NCBI RefSeq assembly: GCF_018350175.1
Contig: NC_058386.1
Location: 10,726,001-10,790,000, forward strand
Length of the DNA: 64,000 nt
Direction of reading: 5' to 3'
From: Felis catus
Lineage: Eukaryota
Under the pieces are notes generated by a model, which worked only from the letters and a program-made list of their open reading frames with translations, ran no database searches and had not been told where the DNA came from. Each line of letters opens with the position of its first letter. Within the stretch, counting starts at the first letter, position 1. This document shows, in pieces, positions 1 to 13,029 of the stretch. Made by a program: the position numbers and the translations under genes.

Positions 1-334
1 GACTTGGCGTCTTGGGTCTGTCCCACGGTTCCCTGGTGCCCGCCGCGTTGTGTCTTGCGTCTCCGATGGCCCCCTTGGACCTGGCTCCCTCCTTGGAGAA
101 TTATCGCATCCTAGTCAGAAGGGCGGGTGGTGATAGGGTGCTGATGGGTGGCACTCTGCCCCAGAAAAATACATGCAGCTGAGGGGTGTGACCCAGTGAT
201 CCAGCTAAGAATGGGCTTTGAGGTCAAGTGGACTGGGCTCGAATCCTGCCCTGGCTTCACCGAAGCCGCAGGGACGAGAATCTGTTCGAGCAGCCTTCCT
301 CCTCTGCAGAATGGGACAGGAATCGGGCCTCCCT

Positions 335-428
335 TATTTTTTTTTAAGTAGGCTCAGCATGAGGCTTGAACTCAGACCCCAAGGTCAAGAGTGGTGTGCT
401 CCACCAGCCGGGCCAGCCAGGCGCGCCT
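335..428 (-). mobile_element. Short old CAN-SINE
   Basis: Reverse tRNA-derived head (...gagccagccaggcgc-like) with T-rich tail. Confidence 0.7.
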
Positions 429-641
429 GGAATCGGGCCTCTCTTAGAAGAATTGTTTTGAGGACTCAAGGGGTGAATGCACTCAAAGAGCATAGTGCAA
501 GGCCGTGCTTCCAGAAAGGGCTTCATAAACAGGAACTACAGCTACCACGTCGGGAGGGCGGCCCCGGGAGGACTGAGTGTGGCTGAGCAGTACCACGTCT
601 TCACTCCTTATGCTTGGCTTCTTCAGAAAGCGTTGTTTATC

Positions 642-862
642 GAGGCCCTTGGGTAGCTCAGTCGGTTGAGCATCCAACTTCGGCTCAGGGCCGAATCTCG
701 CGGTTGGTGAGTTCAAGTCCTATGTCGGGCTCTGCGCTGACGGCTCACGGCCTGGAGCCTGCTTCCGATTCTGTGTCTCCCTCTCTCTCTCCCCCTCCCC
801 CACTGGCACGCATGTGCACGCGCTTTCTCTCTCAAAAATAAACTTTTTTTTTTAAAAAAGAA
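642..862 (+). mobile_element. CAN-SINE (SINEC_Fc type)
   Basis: GGGTAGCTCAGTCGGTT head, (CT)n middle, AATAAA/A-rich tail. Confidence 0.9.
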
Positions 863-1122
863 AGGTACTGTTTATTGGGTCCTTTGAGTTTGTGCGTGGC
901 CCAAGAACACCTTCCAACTGGACAGCGACTTCCAAGCTTTTACTGTGTATAGTGGCTTTTGTCGAAGCCACTGGCTGCACAGACCCATTCTCCCACCCCC
1001 ATCCTTGGGCAGACGCCTGGCAGCTGTCTCCCTTGCTGTTCCCACATCTTCCTTATGATCACGGACTGTTCTCAATCTGGCCTTTTCTGATTTCCTTTTC
1101 CTTCCTTATTCCTCCGCCTCCT

Positions 1123-1124
<2 letters not shown>

Positions 1125-1167
<43 letters not shown>
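1125..1167. repeat. (AT)~21 microsatellite
   Basis: Direct reading. Confidence 0.98.
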
Positions 1168-1169
<2 letters not shown>

Positions 1170-1671
1170 CATTTTTTTTTTGGCTTCCATTTCCTGCTCT
1201 GATTCCCACCCGCCCCAGGCTGACGACACACATCGTGTGGCAGTCTTCCTATCTGATGCCACTCTCCGTGCCGACCCAGCTGCAGAGAGAGCTGGGGCAT
1301 CCTTCCCAGGCTCTTGCGAGAGCCAGAGCCAGAAGGCAGCATTTCCTTGAGTGGACTCTTCCCAGTCTTGCTTTCCAGGAGGGTGAGGCCGAGTAATGTC
1401 GTGTGCCCGTCGGTCCCTAGGAGCAGCGGAGCGTGCTCTCTGTGAACATCTCCTCTGAGGAGCCAGCGTGCAAAGGCCTAGAGGCCCGGCCACCAATTTC
1501 AAGGTCGTTCCCGTTACTGACTCCAGCACAGCGAGCGGACTGACCCCTCTCCCTCTGCCACTGGCCTGCCGAACAGGGACTTCCCGCCCTGGGAGCCTCT
1601 CAGGCTGTTTGTGTCTGAGTGTGACTGAAAACCATTTGGTAACATCAGCTGGGGATGCTTGTGAAAAGACA

Positions 1672-1889
1672 AGTTCTTGGGTGGCTCAGTTGGTTAAGTG
1701 TCTGACTCTTGCTTTCAGCTCAGGTCACAATGTCGCGGTTCACAGGATCGAGCCCCACGTCGGCTTCTGTGCTGACGGTGCGGAGCCTGCTTGGGGTTCT
1801 TTCTCCCTCTCTCTCTGCCTCTCCCCTGCTTGCATACACTCTCGCTCTCTCAAAATAAATAAATAAACTTTAAAGAAAAGAAAAAAGAC
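1672..1889 (+). mobile_element. CAN-SINE
   Basis: Head, (CT)n and A tail present. Confidence 0.9.
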
Positions 1890-1959
1890 AGGCTCCTGAC
1901 CTCTTGACTCAGAAGTTATCTGTCAGGGAATGTGGATTGTAACAAGTCTGGGGGGCCAC

Positions 1960-2110
1960 TGCTACCCAGAGTGTGGACCTGAACCCACATGGGCTCCACT
2001 TGGGAGCTTGTTAGAAAAGCAAATTCACAGCCCTGTCCAGAACCCCTGCATCAGCCCCTCTGGAGGTAGGGCCCGAGGCTCTGCGTGATTCTCGAACCCC
2101 ACGCCTGCTG
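1960..2110. mobile_element. MER5-like MITE
   Basis: cttgggagcttgttagaaaagcaaattc...ctggaggtagggccc. Confidence 0.7.
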
Positions 2111-2123
2111 GACCGGGTAAAAG

Positions 2124-2625
2124 CAGTGTGTTCGTTTCTTCTTGCTGCTGTGACCAATCACCACAAGCTTAGTGGCTTAAGACAACGCAAATGTATTCTC
2201 CTACACTTCTGGGGGCCAGAAGCCTGCAATCAGTTTCTCTGGGATAAAGTCAAGGAGTCAGCAGGGTTGTGGTCCTTCCAGAGGCTCCAGGAGCATCGGT
2301 TTCTTTGCCTGTTTTCAACTTCTCGTGGCTGCCTGTGTTTCTTGCCTGGGGGCGCCTTCCTCCATCTTCAAAGCCTGCCTTTGCTTCTGCCGCCGCCGCA
2401 TCTGTCTCCTTCTCTGAGTCTGCCTCCTCTGCCTCCTTCTTACAAGGACGCTGGTGATGACACTGAACCCACCAGGATAATCCAGGATAATCTCCCGTCT
2501 CAAGATCCTCGACCTGATCACATCTGCAGAGTCCTTTCTGCCATGTAAGGTACCATTCCCAGCTCCCTGGAATGGGACATGGGCAGATTTGGAGTGGGGG
2601 AGGGCATTCTTCAGCCTTCCACAGG
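2124..2625. mobile_element. MaLR solo LTR (MLT1C/D-like)
   Basis: gctgctgtgaccaatcaccacaagcttagtggcttaagacaac...ggataatccaggataatctccc. Confidence 0.85.
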
Positions 2626-2768
2626 CAGTCCAAAAAGGTCCTTGTCGATATGTAACTGCGCTACGCAGAAGCCAATGGACCAGTGTTTGTCAAGGGTCTT
2701 GACTATGCCCATCATAGTAATGTAGGCAGCTCCAAAGGTGAGTGAGGGGAATCCCTGAGAGTCCCTTT

Positions 2769-2992
2769 GTTTTGTTTTTGTTGTTGTTTTAAAATTTTTT
2801 TTTTCATGTTTTGAGAGAGACAGAGCGTGAGCAGGGGAGGGGCAGAGAGAGAGGGAGACACAGAATCTTAAGCAGGCTCCAGGTTCCAAGCTGTCAGCAC
2901 AGAGTTCGAAGCGGGGCTCGAACTCACGAACTGGGAGATCATGACCTGAGCCAAAGTCTGATGCTTAACCGACTGAGCCACCCAGTTGCCCC
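2769..2992 (-). mobile_element. CAN-SINE with TSD
   Basis: Flanked by aatccctgagagtcccttt / aacccctgacagtcccttt. Confidence 0.9.
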
Positions 2993-4124
2993 AACCCCTG
3001 ACAGTCCCTTTGGATGAGTGCTTCAGTGTACTAAGCACTTCGCATAGATTATCTTGCTGATGTCTCAGGACAATCCTGTGAGCAGTAAGGGTCTTTAGCT
3101 CATCCCCAGACCTGCTGACACAGAACGCACATTTTAACAAGAACTACTGTTCCAGACAACCGGCAAATACAAGCAGTACTTCATTGTCATAATTCTTCTC
3201 TATAAGGAAAAAGCACCATCTTAATTCTTATGATTAAAATGTTTTGTTTTGTCCTAAATGTAATAAATCTTGTTATAGAAAAATGGTGACACGAACAGAA
3301 AAACATCACCTGTCCTCCCAACACCCTAATGTAACCACTACTTCATTCCTTTCAGAGGCTTTTTCACCGAACCTGGTCTAAACAAAGCCACACCGTCATT
3401 ATTTCAATGGCTTTATGACAGTAGAATGGTTGATTTCAGCGTTCCCCAATTTTCGTCAATTTTTCACTAATCTGAGCAACTTTGTCTTTGTGCGCATAGC
3501 TTTTGCCTAAATGGAAGATTATGTCTTTAGAATAGATTTCCCAAAGTGGAATTACTGAGTCCTTGGTAATAAAAACTCAAAAAAAAAAAAACAAAACAAA
3601 AAACAAAAAACACCACATTTTACGATTTTAGTTGTACGTTGTTTGCGTGTGGGTGGGTGGGTGTAGGCTGGGAGCTTGTTTTGGGAGCACAAAAATCTAA
3701 CCTTTTCATCTAGATTCTACGATAGAGTGAGAATGTCTCACCTCTGCCTCTTGAACAAATGGGCCTGGGTTCAGCCTGTGGACATGAGTCTAGCTCTAGT
3801 AGATGCCTGGTGACATTGCTATGAGGAACCACCCACTCCCAACCTGGGATTCTTATCTTCTAAGACAGTGACCTTGGTCATCAGCATCACCCCTGACAAA
3901 GCAGGTCATGGGATGTGCTCACCCCTGCGGTCACTTATGACTATATGGCTGGTTTACAGAAATAGACAGGTGCCAATGTTAACTGTTCTGATGGATCATG
4001 TTAGAAAGTAGCAGTGACTAGGTCACTGTCATTTGATTTCTGTCCCTTCATTTTTCACACCAGTCAAAGCAAAAGTGGGACAAAGATTTGGGTGTGTTTT
4101 TTTTTTCTGGTGAACTTTTAAAAA

Positions 4125-4228
4125 AAGTTTTATTTATTTTCGTAATCTCTACACCCAACATAGGGCTTGAACTCACAACCCTGAGATCAAGAGTCACATG
4201 CTCTTCCAACTGAGCCAGCCAGGCGCCC
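4125..4228 (-). mobile_element. Short CAN-SINE
   Basis: taatctctacacccaac...gagccagccaggcgcc pattern. Confidence 0.8.
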
Positions 4229-4282
4229 TGGTTCCCTTTTTTTTAAGCGTACAATTTCAGTGGTTTTAAATAGCAACTATCA

Positions 4283-4490
4283 GGGCGCCCGGGTGGCTGA
4301 GTTGGTTAAGCATCCAATTCTTGATTTCAGCTCAGGGCATAATCTCACAGTTCGTGGGTTCGAACCTGGCGTTAAGCTCTGCACTGACAGTGCACAGCCT
4401 GCCTGGGGTCTCTCTCTCCCTCTCTCTCTGCCCCTCTCCTGCTTGTGCGCTCACTCTCTCTCTCAAAATAAACAAAAAATTATTTTAAAA
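4283..4490 (+). mobile_element. CAN-SINE with TSD, inserted into an L1 3' end
   Basis: TSD tttaaatagcaactatca / tttaaatagcgacaatca. Confidence 0.9.
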
Positions 4491-4643
4491 TTTAAATAGC
4501 GACAATCACCACAATCAATTTTATAACATTTTCATCACCTCCAAAAAACCCTAGACCAAATAGCAACCACTTCCAATTGTCCCAAAGCTTCCCCCTCATT
4601 CCCACCCCCCAGACAATCACTAATCTGGAGATTAGTCTCTAGA

Positions 4644-4782
4644 NNNNNNNNNNNNNNNNNNNNNNNNNNNNNNNNNNNNNNNNNNNNNNNNNNNNNNNNN
4701 NNNNNNNNNNNNNNNNNNNNNNNNNNNNNNNNNNNNNNNNNNNNNNNNNNNNNNNNNNNNNNNNNNNNNNNNNNNNNNNNNN
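4644..4782. other. Assembly gap
   Basis: N run. Confidence 1.
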
Positions 4783-4942
4783 AGAGGTGGGGGAGGGACA
4801 GAGAGAGAGGGAAACACAGAATCCGAAGCAGGCTCTAAGCTCTGAGCTGTCAGCACAGGGGCTCAAACCCACAAACCCACAAAATGAGATCATGACCTGA
4901 GCCAAGGTCGGACCCTTAACTGCCTGGGCCACCCGGGCGCCT
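4783..4942 (-). mobile_element. CAN-SINE truncated by an assembly gap
   Basis: Reverse SINE body; the tail falls within the N run. Confidence 0.85.
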
Positions 4943-5690
4943 CTGGCATAGTTTTCAAGGTTCATCCGTGTTGCAGCATATGTCGGTATTTCGTTCTTTT
5001 TATGGCAGGATGAGATTCCATCGTATGGATGTAAGGATAGACCATGTTTTGTTATTCGTTCATCTGCTGATAGACATTTAGGTCATTTCCAGTGTGGGAC
5101 TATTATGAATAAATCTTGCTGCGGACATTTGTGAGTTGGTGTGTGGACACGTTTGCATTTCTCGAGTACCCAGGAGTACTACTGCTGGGTGATATGGTGA
5201 CTCTGTTTTTCACTTTTTGAGGAACCGTCAGACTGTTTTCCAAAGAGGCTGCACAATCTTGGCATCCCCACCGGCCGTGTATGAAGATTCCATTGTTTTC
5301 ACATCTTCGCCAACACTTGTCTGTGTTTTTTCTTCTAGCCATCCTTCTGGGTGTAAAGTGGTGTCTCACTGTCATTTTGCCTGCATTTCCCTCACCGTTA
5401 ATGGTACTGAATGTCTTTCATTGTCCGTTAGCCATTTGTATATCTTCTTTGAAGAAATGTCTTATTCCAACCCTCTGCCCATTTCTTTAATTGGTCTATT
5501 TGTCTTATTATTGAGTTGTAAGAATTCTTTGCCTATCCTGGTTCTGGTTCTCTCAACAGATAAATGATTTACGAATATTTCCTCCTACTTTGTGGGTTGT
5601 CCTCACTGGTACATCTTTTTTAGTCTACACGTGGAAAAAGCTGTAGCAATTAAAATTTTTCTTTTGGTCTTTTTTCAACCGTAGTTTTCT

Positions 5691-5691
<1 letters not shown>

Positions 5692-5723
<32 letters not shown>
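5692..5723. repeat. (GT)16 microsatellite
   Basis: Direct reading. Confidence 0.98.
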
Positions 5724-5726
<3 letters not shown>

Positions 5727-5778
5727 TGTGCAGGTGCATTAAATCCAAACATTAAGCAGCATTTTAAAATACAGTGCC

Positions 5779-6038
5779 TGGGGCGCCTGTGTGGCTCAAT
5801 CAGTTGAGCATCTGACTCTTCATTTCGGCTCAGGTCATGATCCCAGGGTCGTGTGATAAAGCCCCGTGTTGGGCTCTGCCCTGAGCCTGAAGCCTGTTTG
5901 GGATTCTCTGTCTCCCTCTGCGCCCCCCGCCCCCCAGCTTGCACGCATTCTTCTCTCAAATAAAAATAAAGATAAAATAAAATAAAATAAAATAAAATAA
6001 AATAAAATAAAATAAAATAAAATAAAATAAAATAAAAA
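5779..6038 (+). mobile_element. CAN-SINE with (TAAAA)n tail
   Basis: GGGGCGCCTG head; tail expanded into a pentamer repeat at about 5965-6035. Confidence 0.9.
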
Positions 6039-6789
6039 AGAGTGCCAAAGCAGAAGCAGACTCTTTGTTTGCCGATCTGATTCTTCAAGTAAGTGAAACT
6101 GAACCAACACCAAAAATGACAGCTTCTTTTCTCTCCTGTGCCCCCAGACTTCCTACCTAAACACAGATCTCCAGAGACAGAGGAGTGGAAGAAGAGGCAA
6201 TAAATCATCCACATTTGGGCAGGATCATCTTGCAAATAACGACATACCACTCAACCGAGAGGCTAAGTCTGTCAGTTGAGGCTGTGAAATCCACCGCAGA
6301 ATGTCTTAATTGAAAGAAAAAAAATAAACACTTTCAGGAAACGAGCCCCGCGCTGACAGGAAACAGGACTGTTCCATGTGTTGGACAAACGTCCCTTCTG
6401 AAGAAAAGTGCTGGTCCTTCCACTACTGACACATCTATGCAGGCTGACTTAAACCAATAGCTGAGCTTCTGGGGAAAAGTGGGGACACTGTCTTCCGAAG
6501 GCCCCTGCCACGTAAAGGAGTAAGTATCATGAGACAGATGGATCTGGAAGGTTCTTCCCTTTCTTTCCTGGCTGCCCACATGCCTACCGCCCAACCCTCA
6601 AGCTCAATCTTTCCCGCAGCCTCCTCAGACCCCAGCAGCCCCCACGGGTCACCTTGCTCTCTGACCACCCCTGGGGCCTTCTGTCCCTCCCACACAATAT
6701 TGCACTTGATTCTCTACTTCCTGAGATTGCTTTCTCTGTTAACATCTTGACTCCCACATCTCCCTGCAAGTTTCTAAAGGCCTGTTGTT

Positions 6790-7039
6790 CCTTTTTTTAT
6801 TTTTATTTAAAAAAAAAATTTTTTTTAAGACACAGAGAGCGCGCAAGCACATGGGGGGGAGGGGCAGAGAGAGCGGGGGGGGGGGGGGGCAGAGAGAGCT
6901 GGGGGGGGGAGGGGAGAGACAGGATCCGAAGCTGGCTCTGCACTGTCAGCACAGAGCCGTGGCTCGAACTCATGAACCGCTAGATCATGGCCGGAGCTGA
7001 AGTCGGACACTCAACCGCTCAACCAACTGAGCCACCCCG
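6790..7039 (-). mobile_element. CAN-SINE with poly-G expansions
   Basis: Reverse SINE body with long G runs. Confidence 0.85.
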
Positions 7040-7651
7040 ACACTGCTGAGGCCTGTTTTTCCTTATATACAAAGAAGGGATCCTCTCCATGTTTGCTGAA
7101 GTGAGGGCAAGTGTGACCTAGAAGACTGGGAAACCCTGCTGGGCCAGCGCCCCATCTCACAGGCTGTGCTTCGCTGGGGTTCTCAGGGCCACTGGCAAAA
7201 GAGGGAGCAGCAGGCCTGGGGGCCGCAGCTGCTGTCAATGCACTATTTGGCTCTTCCTCTCTGCCCCTCCCCTTCCTGTGCCTCTGCTGTCTGTGTCCTT
7301 TCATTTCTCATTTTTTCGAGATTTCTATCCTTCCCACTAAATGACAAGAAGAAAAAATGATCGTCGCTGAACTCAAAGAATAGCAAAAGGAAGGAAGCCT
7401 CGAATTATTTGTTTGGTTGTTTTTCATCTTTCTTTTCCTTCTTTTTTCTTTTCTTGTTTGCATTTTGTCAAATGTGGCCAAGTGAGTTTTGGGAACTTGT
7501 ATCTATCTAGAATTGTAGATGGTGGAAGAAACTGTAGACAGATCATGTAGCTCAACACATACCTTTACAATGAAGAAATGGAGGTTCAGAAAGTTACCCC
7601 AAATAGCACAGCTAGTGAGTGGCAGGGTCAAGGCTGGAACCTGGGTCTCTC

Positions 7652-7824
7652 TTTTTTTTTTTTAATGTTTATTTTGAGAGACAGAGAGAGCAGGGAGGGG
7701 CAGAGAGAGAGGAAAACCAAGCAGGCTCCATGCTGTCAGCGCAGAGCCCGATGCAGGGCTCGAACTCACAAACTGTGAGATCGTGACCTGAGCCAAATTC
7801 AAGAGTCGGACCCTTAGCCTGGGT
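7652..7824 (-). mobile_element. CAN-SINE inserted at the end of a MIR
   Basis: Reverse SINE body; MIR-like sequence at 7545-7650. Confidence 0.85.
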
Positions 7825-9974
7825 CTCTGGACTCCTCCTCCTGTGCTTTTGCCCCTGTCCCTGGGGTGGGCTTCTTATGCATATGATGCCTGGCTCATAA
7901 AGGAAGGATGTTTGATAAATGTCATTATTTTTATCACCATTAGCAATGTCTCCAAACCTATATAGGTCTCTGAATTTAGGCTGATTCAGAAAGCTAAACA
8001 TCCAGGAGTGAAATTCAGCATCAGAAAGAAAGAAAGAAACGCACTGCTCTGACAGCTTTCCGAAAACTCATCATGGCAGAGTTTCCTAAAACTCTACAGT
8101 CTCTTATTCTGTAAAAGTGCTGGCTTATTGTTGGCAGATGATTAAACCCCAAATCCAACGCAAAACCAGAACTTAAGAGCTGAACATTCAGAAATGCGTA
8201 TGGATATCCTGACCCTCTCCTGGCTCAGCCCTGCCACATGTGGCCTTGAGTCAGGCTGTCCAGTGCAATTAAACGTCACGTTCTCTGTCAGACGAGTGGC
8301 ATCTCCAGAATTAGCAAGCAATGCTGCTGTAGGAAAAGGCTCCATCAAATGTATCCACGTCGTGGAATCAGACAAAATGTATCTGTGTGAGAATCAGCTG
8401 ATTTTATGGCGGGGAAGGAGGGGAACATCAGGGCCCTGAGAAATTCTCACTATCTTGCTTTGAGAACCTTCCAATGAAAACAGACATTGATAGGGCTTCC
8501 TTCCAGCAGAAGCCTTAGGATTAGCTTCTTCTGCTTGCCTAGACAGTGGAAACAGCACTCTCTTATAACCCTTCCTTTTAGCATAAAGATCTTGGTTATA
8601 TGATGTAGCAGTGATAGAAGGAATAAGAGGAATAAAATGGAACCAAGACACCGAGATAAAAGGCAGAGCACAATTTTTCTGTTTGATGTTTTCTGAAAAG
8701 TATCATGATCTGACGAGATTTTTCCTTCTTTCATCCTCTTGATGGCTGAGGCCCTGATTGTTGCAATCAAAGTCGAGTGGAGTACCCGGTGAATCAGCTC
8801 CCAGGATAATGCAACTCTGGGAGAACTGAGCTCAGAGTTTTAGAAGGAAGGTTCATGAGAATCATGTGACATGCTGGCTGTCAGGGACATGGCCGTGTGG
8901 GGACCCTGGGGGCCCGCGGCCCAAACAAAGACTTCTGTGACCTCCAGGCTCATGGGTACACTCCAGGAGGGCCCAGTCCCGACCCAGAGCAACATGGCGC
9001 CGGGGTGGCACCAGTGTTATTTCAGTCCTGCGCCTTGGGCTCTTGTGGTGCATATCTTGCCGCCCTAGGAAGGGCCATGGGAGAAACCTCAGCGCTTGTG
9101 TACCTCTAGGTTAACCGTTTCCGGTGTTGCAAATAAGCAAATCCTGGGGCTTCGGTGGTTTATTGGAGTATCAAGGAGCTGGAGGGCATTTGCTCTATAA
9201 ATCCTCCCTGAGTATCTGGTGGAGGCCCATCTCCGTGTGACAGGCTGGGAGAGTGGGGAGACAGGAACCCAGCCCTCCGGGAATTTACAGTCAGGGGCTG
9301 GCTTTGGAAGAAGTACCACCAGGGACTCACCTCATTCAACGGTGGCCTTATGTAAAGAGTGCTTTTGTGTCACCGATGCTGGGACACCTCGGTCCTCACT
9401 TCACCCTGCCCCGAGAGCCACAGCTCCTTAGGATCCTGGGATTAATGATCAGAAGGCAGGAACTGCCTGGTCAGAGAATCTTAGGATAGTCTTTGGCCAC
9501 ATGGCATGTACCACGTGAGAGTCAGATGGTACCCCACCCGGCTTATGCCTGATCCCGAAAGAGAAAGTTCAAGAGGGTTTGGCAAATGTCAGTATGTCAG
9601 TGTTTGCTCTTGTGTCCCCTCCCATTAATAGGGCCACCCACGTAACACAGGCAGGGGAACCTACTGACTTCGTTTCGTCCTTCCACAGTCCATGCTTGAC
9701 AGCACTGCGTCCTGGGTGTTAAACAGCCCGGGTTGCTTCCATCTGAACCATCGGGATCTGAGTTCTTACGTGACTGGCTGAAAAGCAGCAGAGTCATTCC
9801 AAAGCGATTTATTGAATAGAAGAGCGAGCGAGAGAGCAAGGGAACGAGGGGGTGAGAGACTGGAGACAGAGCGAGAGCGGGAGCCTTTATGCAGATGTCC
9901 AGAAAGTCCAGTGCGTTCGGCCTTGAGGTTTAATTAGTTAAATCTGTCATCTCAACCCCAGACACTTCAGAGCT

Positions 9975-10100
9975 GTGGTGCTCAGCCGGGCTGCGCGTGA
10001 CAATCCCCTGGGGAGCTGACAGAATGTACAGATGCCCAAGTCCTACCACCGACGAATTAAATCCAAGTCTCTGGGGGTGGTTCACAGACATCAGTATTTA
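9975..10100. mobile_element. MER5-like MITE
   Basis: gtggtgctcagccgggctgc...aatcccctggggagct...cagatgccca. Confidence 0.6.
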
Positions 10101-11099
10101 TTAGCATTTCCACTGCTATAGAATCATCAGACAACTGACGATCACTGAATTAGATGTCTGCGAGAGGATTTAGGAGGACCAGATTTTTAAAATCCCCTGC
10201 TCTTCTGAGTATACTCCAATTCCATTTCAACATAAGACCTGGGCATGATTAGTATCAGGCCTCAGTAACCTCAACTCGTTATTATTCTCAACATTTTGCG
10301 TTACCAAGAGAATACTGCTTATATGTATGCACAAACACGTTTGAGTATATAGTCATGCATCTATGCAGAGAGGTGGGTTCAGCACTATGTTTCTGGCAAC
10401 AGAGTACATAATGGCTTCATTTTTGTCAGGGATGCATTCACCTGCTTTCCTGACACGGACCCCTGAAAATTCATGCACGCCTTTATTCAGAGAACACGAG
10501 CCTGCTGCAGCAGGTGCAAAGGAGACAAGGGCCTGGCCGGTGGGAGGGGGAGAAGAGCCTACTCGTATCCAATGAAACAGCGTTGTATTGGGTGCTGACG
10601 GAGGTTCAGGCCAACACGATGGCTTGAGAGAAAGAGCTAGAAGAGACGACTTTCCTGAGATTTGATGGATGAGGAGTAGCTTGCCCGGCAGCTCAGGGTG
10701 GGGATGGAATAACAAGATGGGTGTAGGGCAGGCTCAGAGGCAGGAAAGAAAGAAATTCCTAACTGGGCCTCCGTCTTGCCCTCGCCTAGAATATTCCATT
10801 AAGAAACACGACAAAACAGGGTGCTATAATCCTGTTTCCTCCTAACACAGGGGGTTCTGGACACTTCTTCACATAGGGAATGAGATAGAAGCCGTGCCCT
10901 TTAGGGAATTTCGGTCTCATGGCGGGCTACGAATGGACCTGCATCACCACGCTTTCCTTTCTGATTTTTTTTTTCCAAAGCAGACTGTTGAATCTGCTCT
11001 AACTGAACGCAAGACAAACCCAGTGAGAGGAATGAAAGTGTGTCATATGTAAGTAGCTGAAGCAGCGCGCCTGAGACTTCGGTCTGGCAACGACACCCT

Positions 11100-11290
11100 A
11101 CGGTTGTATATCACTTTGCCATTTATTAGCGTATTTGATCTTCATAAAAGCTTTGTGAGGTAGACAAGAGGAGACAGGCAATATTATTCCCGCTTTACTT
11201 GACTCAACGGGTCAAGTGATTGACCCAGAGTAAGGAAGTAATGAATTGCTCTAGAACCCACGTCTTCCTACTCCTTATTTCATCTTTCTA
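11100..11290. mobile_element. MIR
   Basis: tttgatcttcataaaagctttgtgaggtag...aagtgattgacccagag. Confidence 0.6.
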
Positions 11291-11649
11291 CATATTTCTT
11301 TCCTTCTGGCTGAACACCAATTTGTCACAAATGTCTCCATGCCACACCATTTAGAAAGCAGAGAAAGCTAGTCCTGGAATAACTCAATTTGAGGAGAATG
11401 TCTTAGTCCCCAGTTTAGTCTCTTAGCAACCACATATATTTAGTGATGGCTCCTTCTATGCCTATAAAGCATACCCAATGCGCACTTGGTTTCATATGTA
11501 TTCCTTGAGCTGGACCGTAATTTAACTACAGCTTTGGTCTAAAAACTCTAATAACTCTTTCGTACTCAGATTCTTATTTTTCACCTTCTCTGCTATGCAT
11601 ATGATGTATGAAATTCTGACAGTTTCTCATTTTAAAAATTAATTTTCTC

Positions 11650-12070
11650 GGGGCACCTGGGTGGCTCAGTCAGTTAAGTGTCCACCTCTTGATTTACGCT
11701 CAGGTCATGATCTCATGGTTCGTGAGATTGAGCCCCACGTCGGGCTCTGCACTGGGTGGCTCTCTAAGGGCACCTGGGTGGCTCGATTTGTTAAGCATCT
11801 GACTCTTGATTTTGGTTCAGGTCACGATCTCACAATTTGTGAGATTGAGACCCACATCAGCCTCTGCACTGACAGTGCAGAGCCTGCTTGGGATTCTCTC
11901 TCCCTCTCTCTCTCTGTCCCCCCCCCCCCACTTGTGCCCTCTCTCTCCATTTCCCGCAAAAATAAATAAAAGAAGATTCTCTCTCTCTCTCTCCCTCTGC
12001 CCCTCTTCCCTGCTCAAGTGCACGCTCTCTCTCTCTCAAATAAATAAACATTAAAAAAAAAGATGATCTC
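11650..12070 (+). mobile_element. Nested SINE-in-SINE
   Basis: Head 1 (11650-11755), a complete second SINE (11768-11972), then the (CT)n/A tail of the first element. Confidence 0.85.
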
Positions 12071-12619
12071 TTCAAAAAAAAAAAGACATTTTCTTTAAGA
12101 GGATGATGCTAATAAAGGATATTTTTTTCTTAAAGGTGGTTTATGACTTCAATAAACTTATGGGAATTTATACAGGTACAACCTTTTGGGGAAATAATAT
12201 GACAATGAGTATCAAAACCCTAAAACACATCCTCTGTTTGACCTGTTAGTTCCACCTCTGGAATCTGTCCCAGGAAAAGCAAATCTAAACTGCAGACCAA
12301 AATTTGTGCGTACAGGTCTTTCTCGATGCCTTATTTAGTGGGTGGGTTGAGTTAAATTTTATACAGTCATAAAAAAGAATATCATGCTTTCATTAGAATA
12401 AATCTTTTAGTGGTAAAATGCTCATTTTACTAGTTACGAGATCAAGTGGAATGTGTGTTTGCATGTTATGAACCCAGCTACGCGAAGCCCCATAGATGAG
12501 AGAGAAACACACCAAAATGTCAACAGTAGTTGTGTCTGGGAGGCACCATATTGGTAAATTTCCTTTCTCACGCATGTTTTTCTGTTTTTCTCAAGTTTTC
12601 TGCTGTGAGTGTGTGCTAT

Positions 12620-12623
<4 letters not shown>

Positions 12624-12659
<36 letters not shown>

Positions 12660-12877
12660 CAACGTTTTTTTTTTTTTTTTTTATTTATTTTTGGGACAGA
12701 GAGAGACAGAGCATGAACGGGGGAGGGGCAGAGAGAGAGGGAGACACAGAATCGGAAACAGGCTCCAGGCTCCGAGCCATCAGCCCAGAGCCCGACGCGG
12801 GGCTCGAACTCACGGACCGCGAGATCGTGACCTGGTTGAAGTCGGACGCTTAACCGACTGCGCCACCCAGGCGCCCC
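12624..12877 (-). mobile_element. Very young feline SINEC_Fc
   Basis: CpGs intact, long poly-A, perfect 17-bp TSD GAGTGTGTGCTATTCTT (12607-12623, 12878-12894). Confidence 0.95.
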
Positions 12878-13029
12878 GAGTGTGTGCTATTCTTATGACG
12901 GGGAAAAAACGAGCTTCGAAGGACCGTGCTTCTGTGTTGAATGTGGCGTCTACACAGGCATCTACTTTGAACAGCTCTGAGAATATGCTCCAGGGAGTGA
13001 AGTGAGGAATAACACAACCATCCTGGCGC

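Larger units (their letters stand above)
4240..5620 (-). mobile_element. L1 (L1MB-like) 3' region relic
   Basis: Typical reverse L1 3' motifs (gaggaaccgtcagactgttttccaaag, gccatttgtatatcttctttgaagaaatgtc); interrupted by SINEs and a gap. Confidence 0.8.

Noticed and set aside
1-150. Possible edge of the GPM6B promoter island
   Set aside because: Only mild CpG enrichment and no exon evidence; rests on synteny alone.
642-730. tRNA-like A/B boxes
   Set aside because: These are SINE heads (tRNA-derived), not tRNA genes.
4619-4643. Perfect 8-bp hairpin ACTAATCT-GG-AGATTAGT
   Set aside because: Abuts an N gap and is likely a contig-end artefact or chance.
8450-8770. ORF with a hydrophobic stretch
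   Set aside because: Non-ATG start, no homology I can recognise, consistent with chance in T-rich sequence.
12496-13005. 169-aa ORF and the many similar MAQSVK.../GAERE... ORFs
   Set aside because: These are translations of CAN-SINEs and their simple-repeat tails, not genes.
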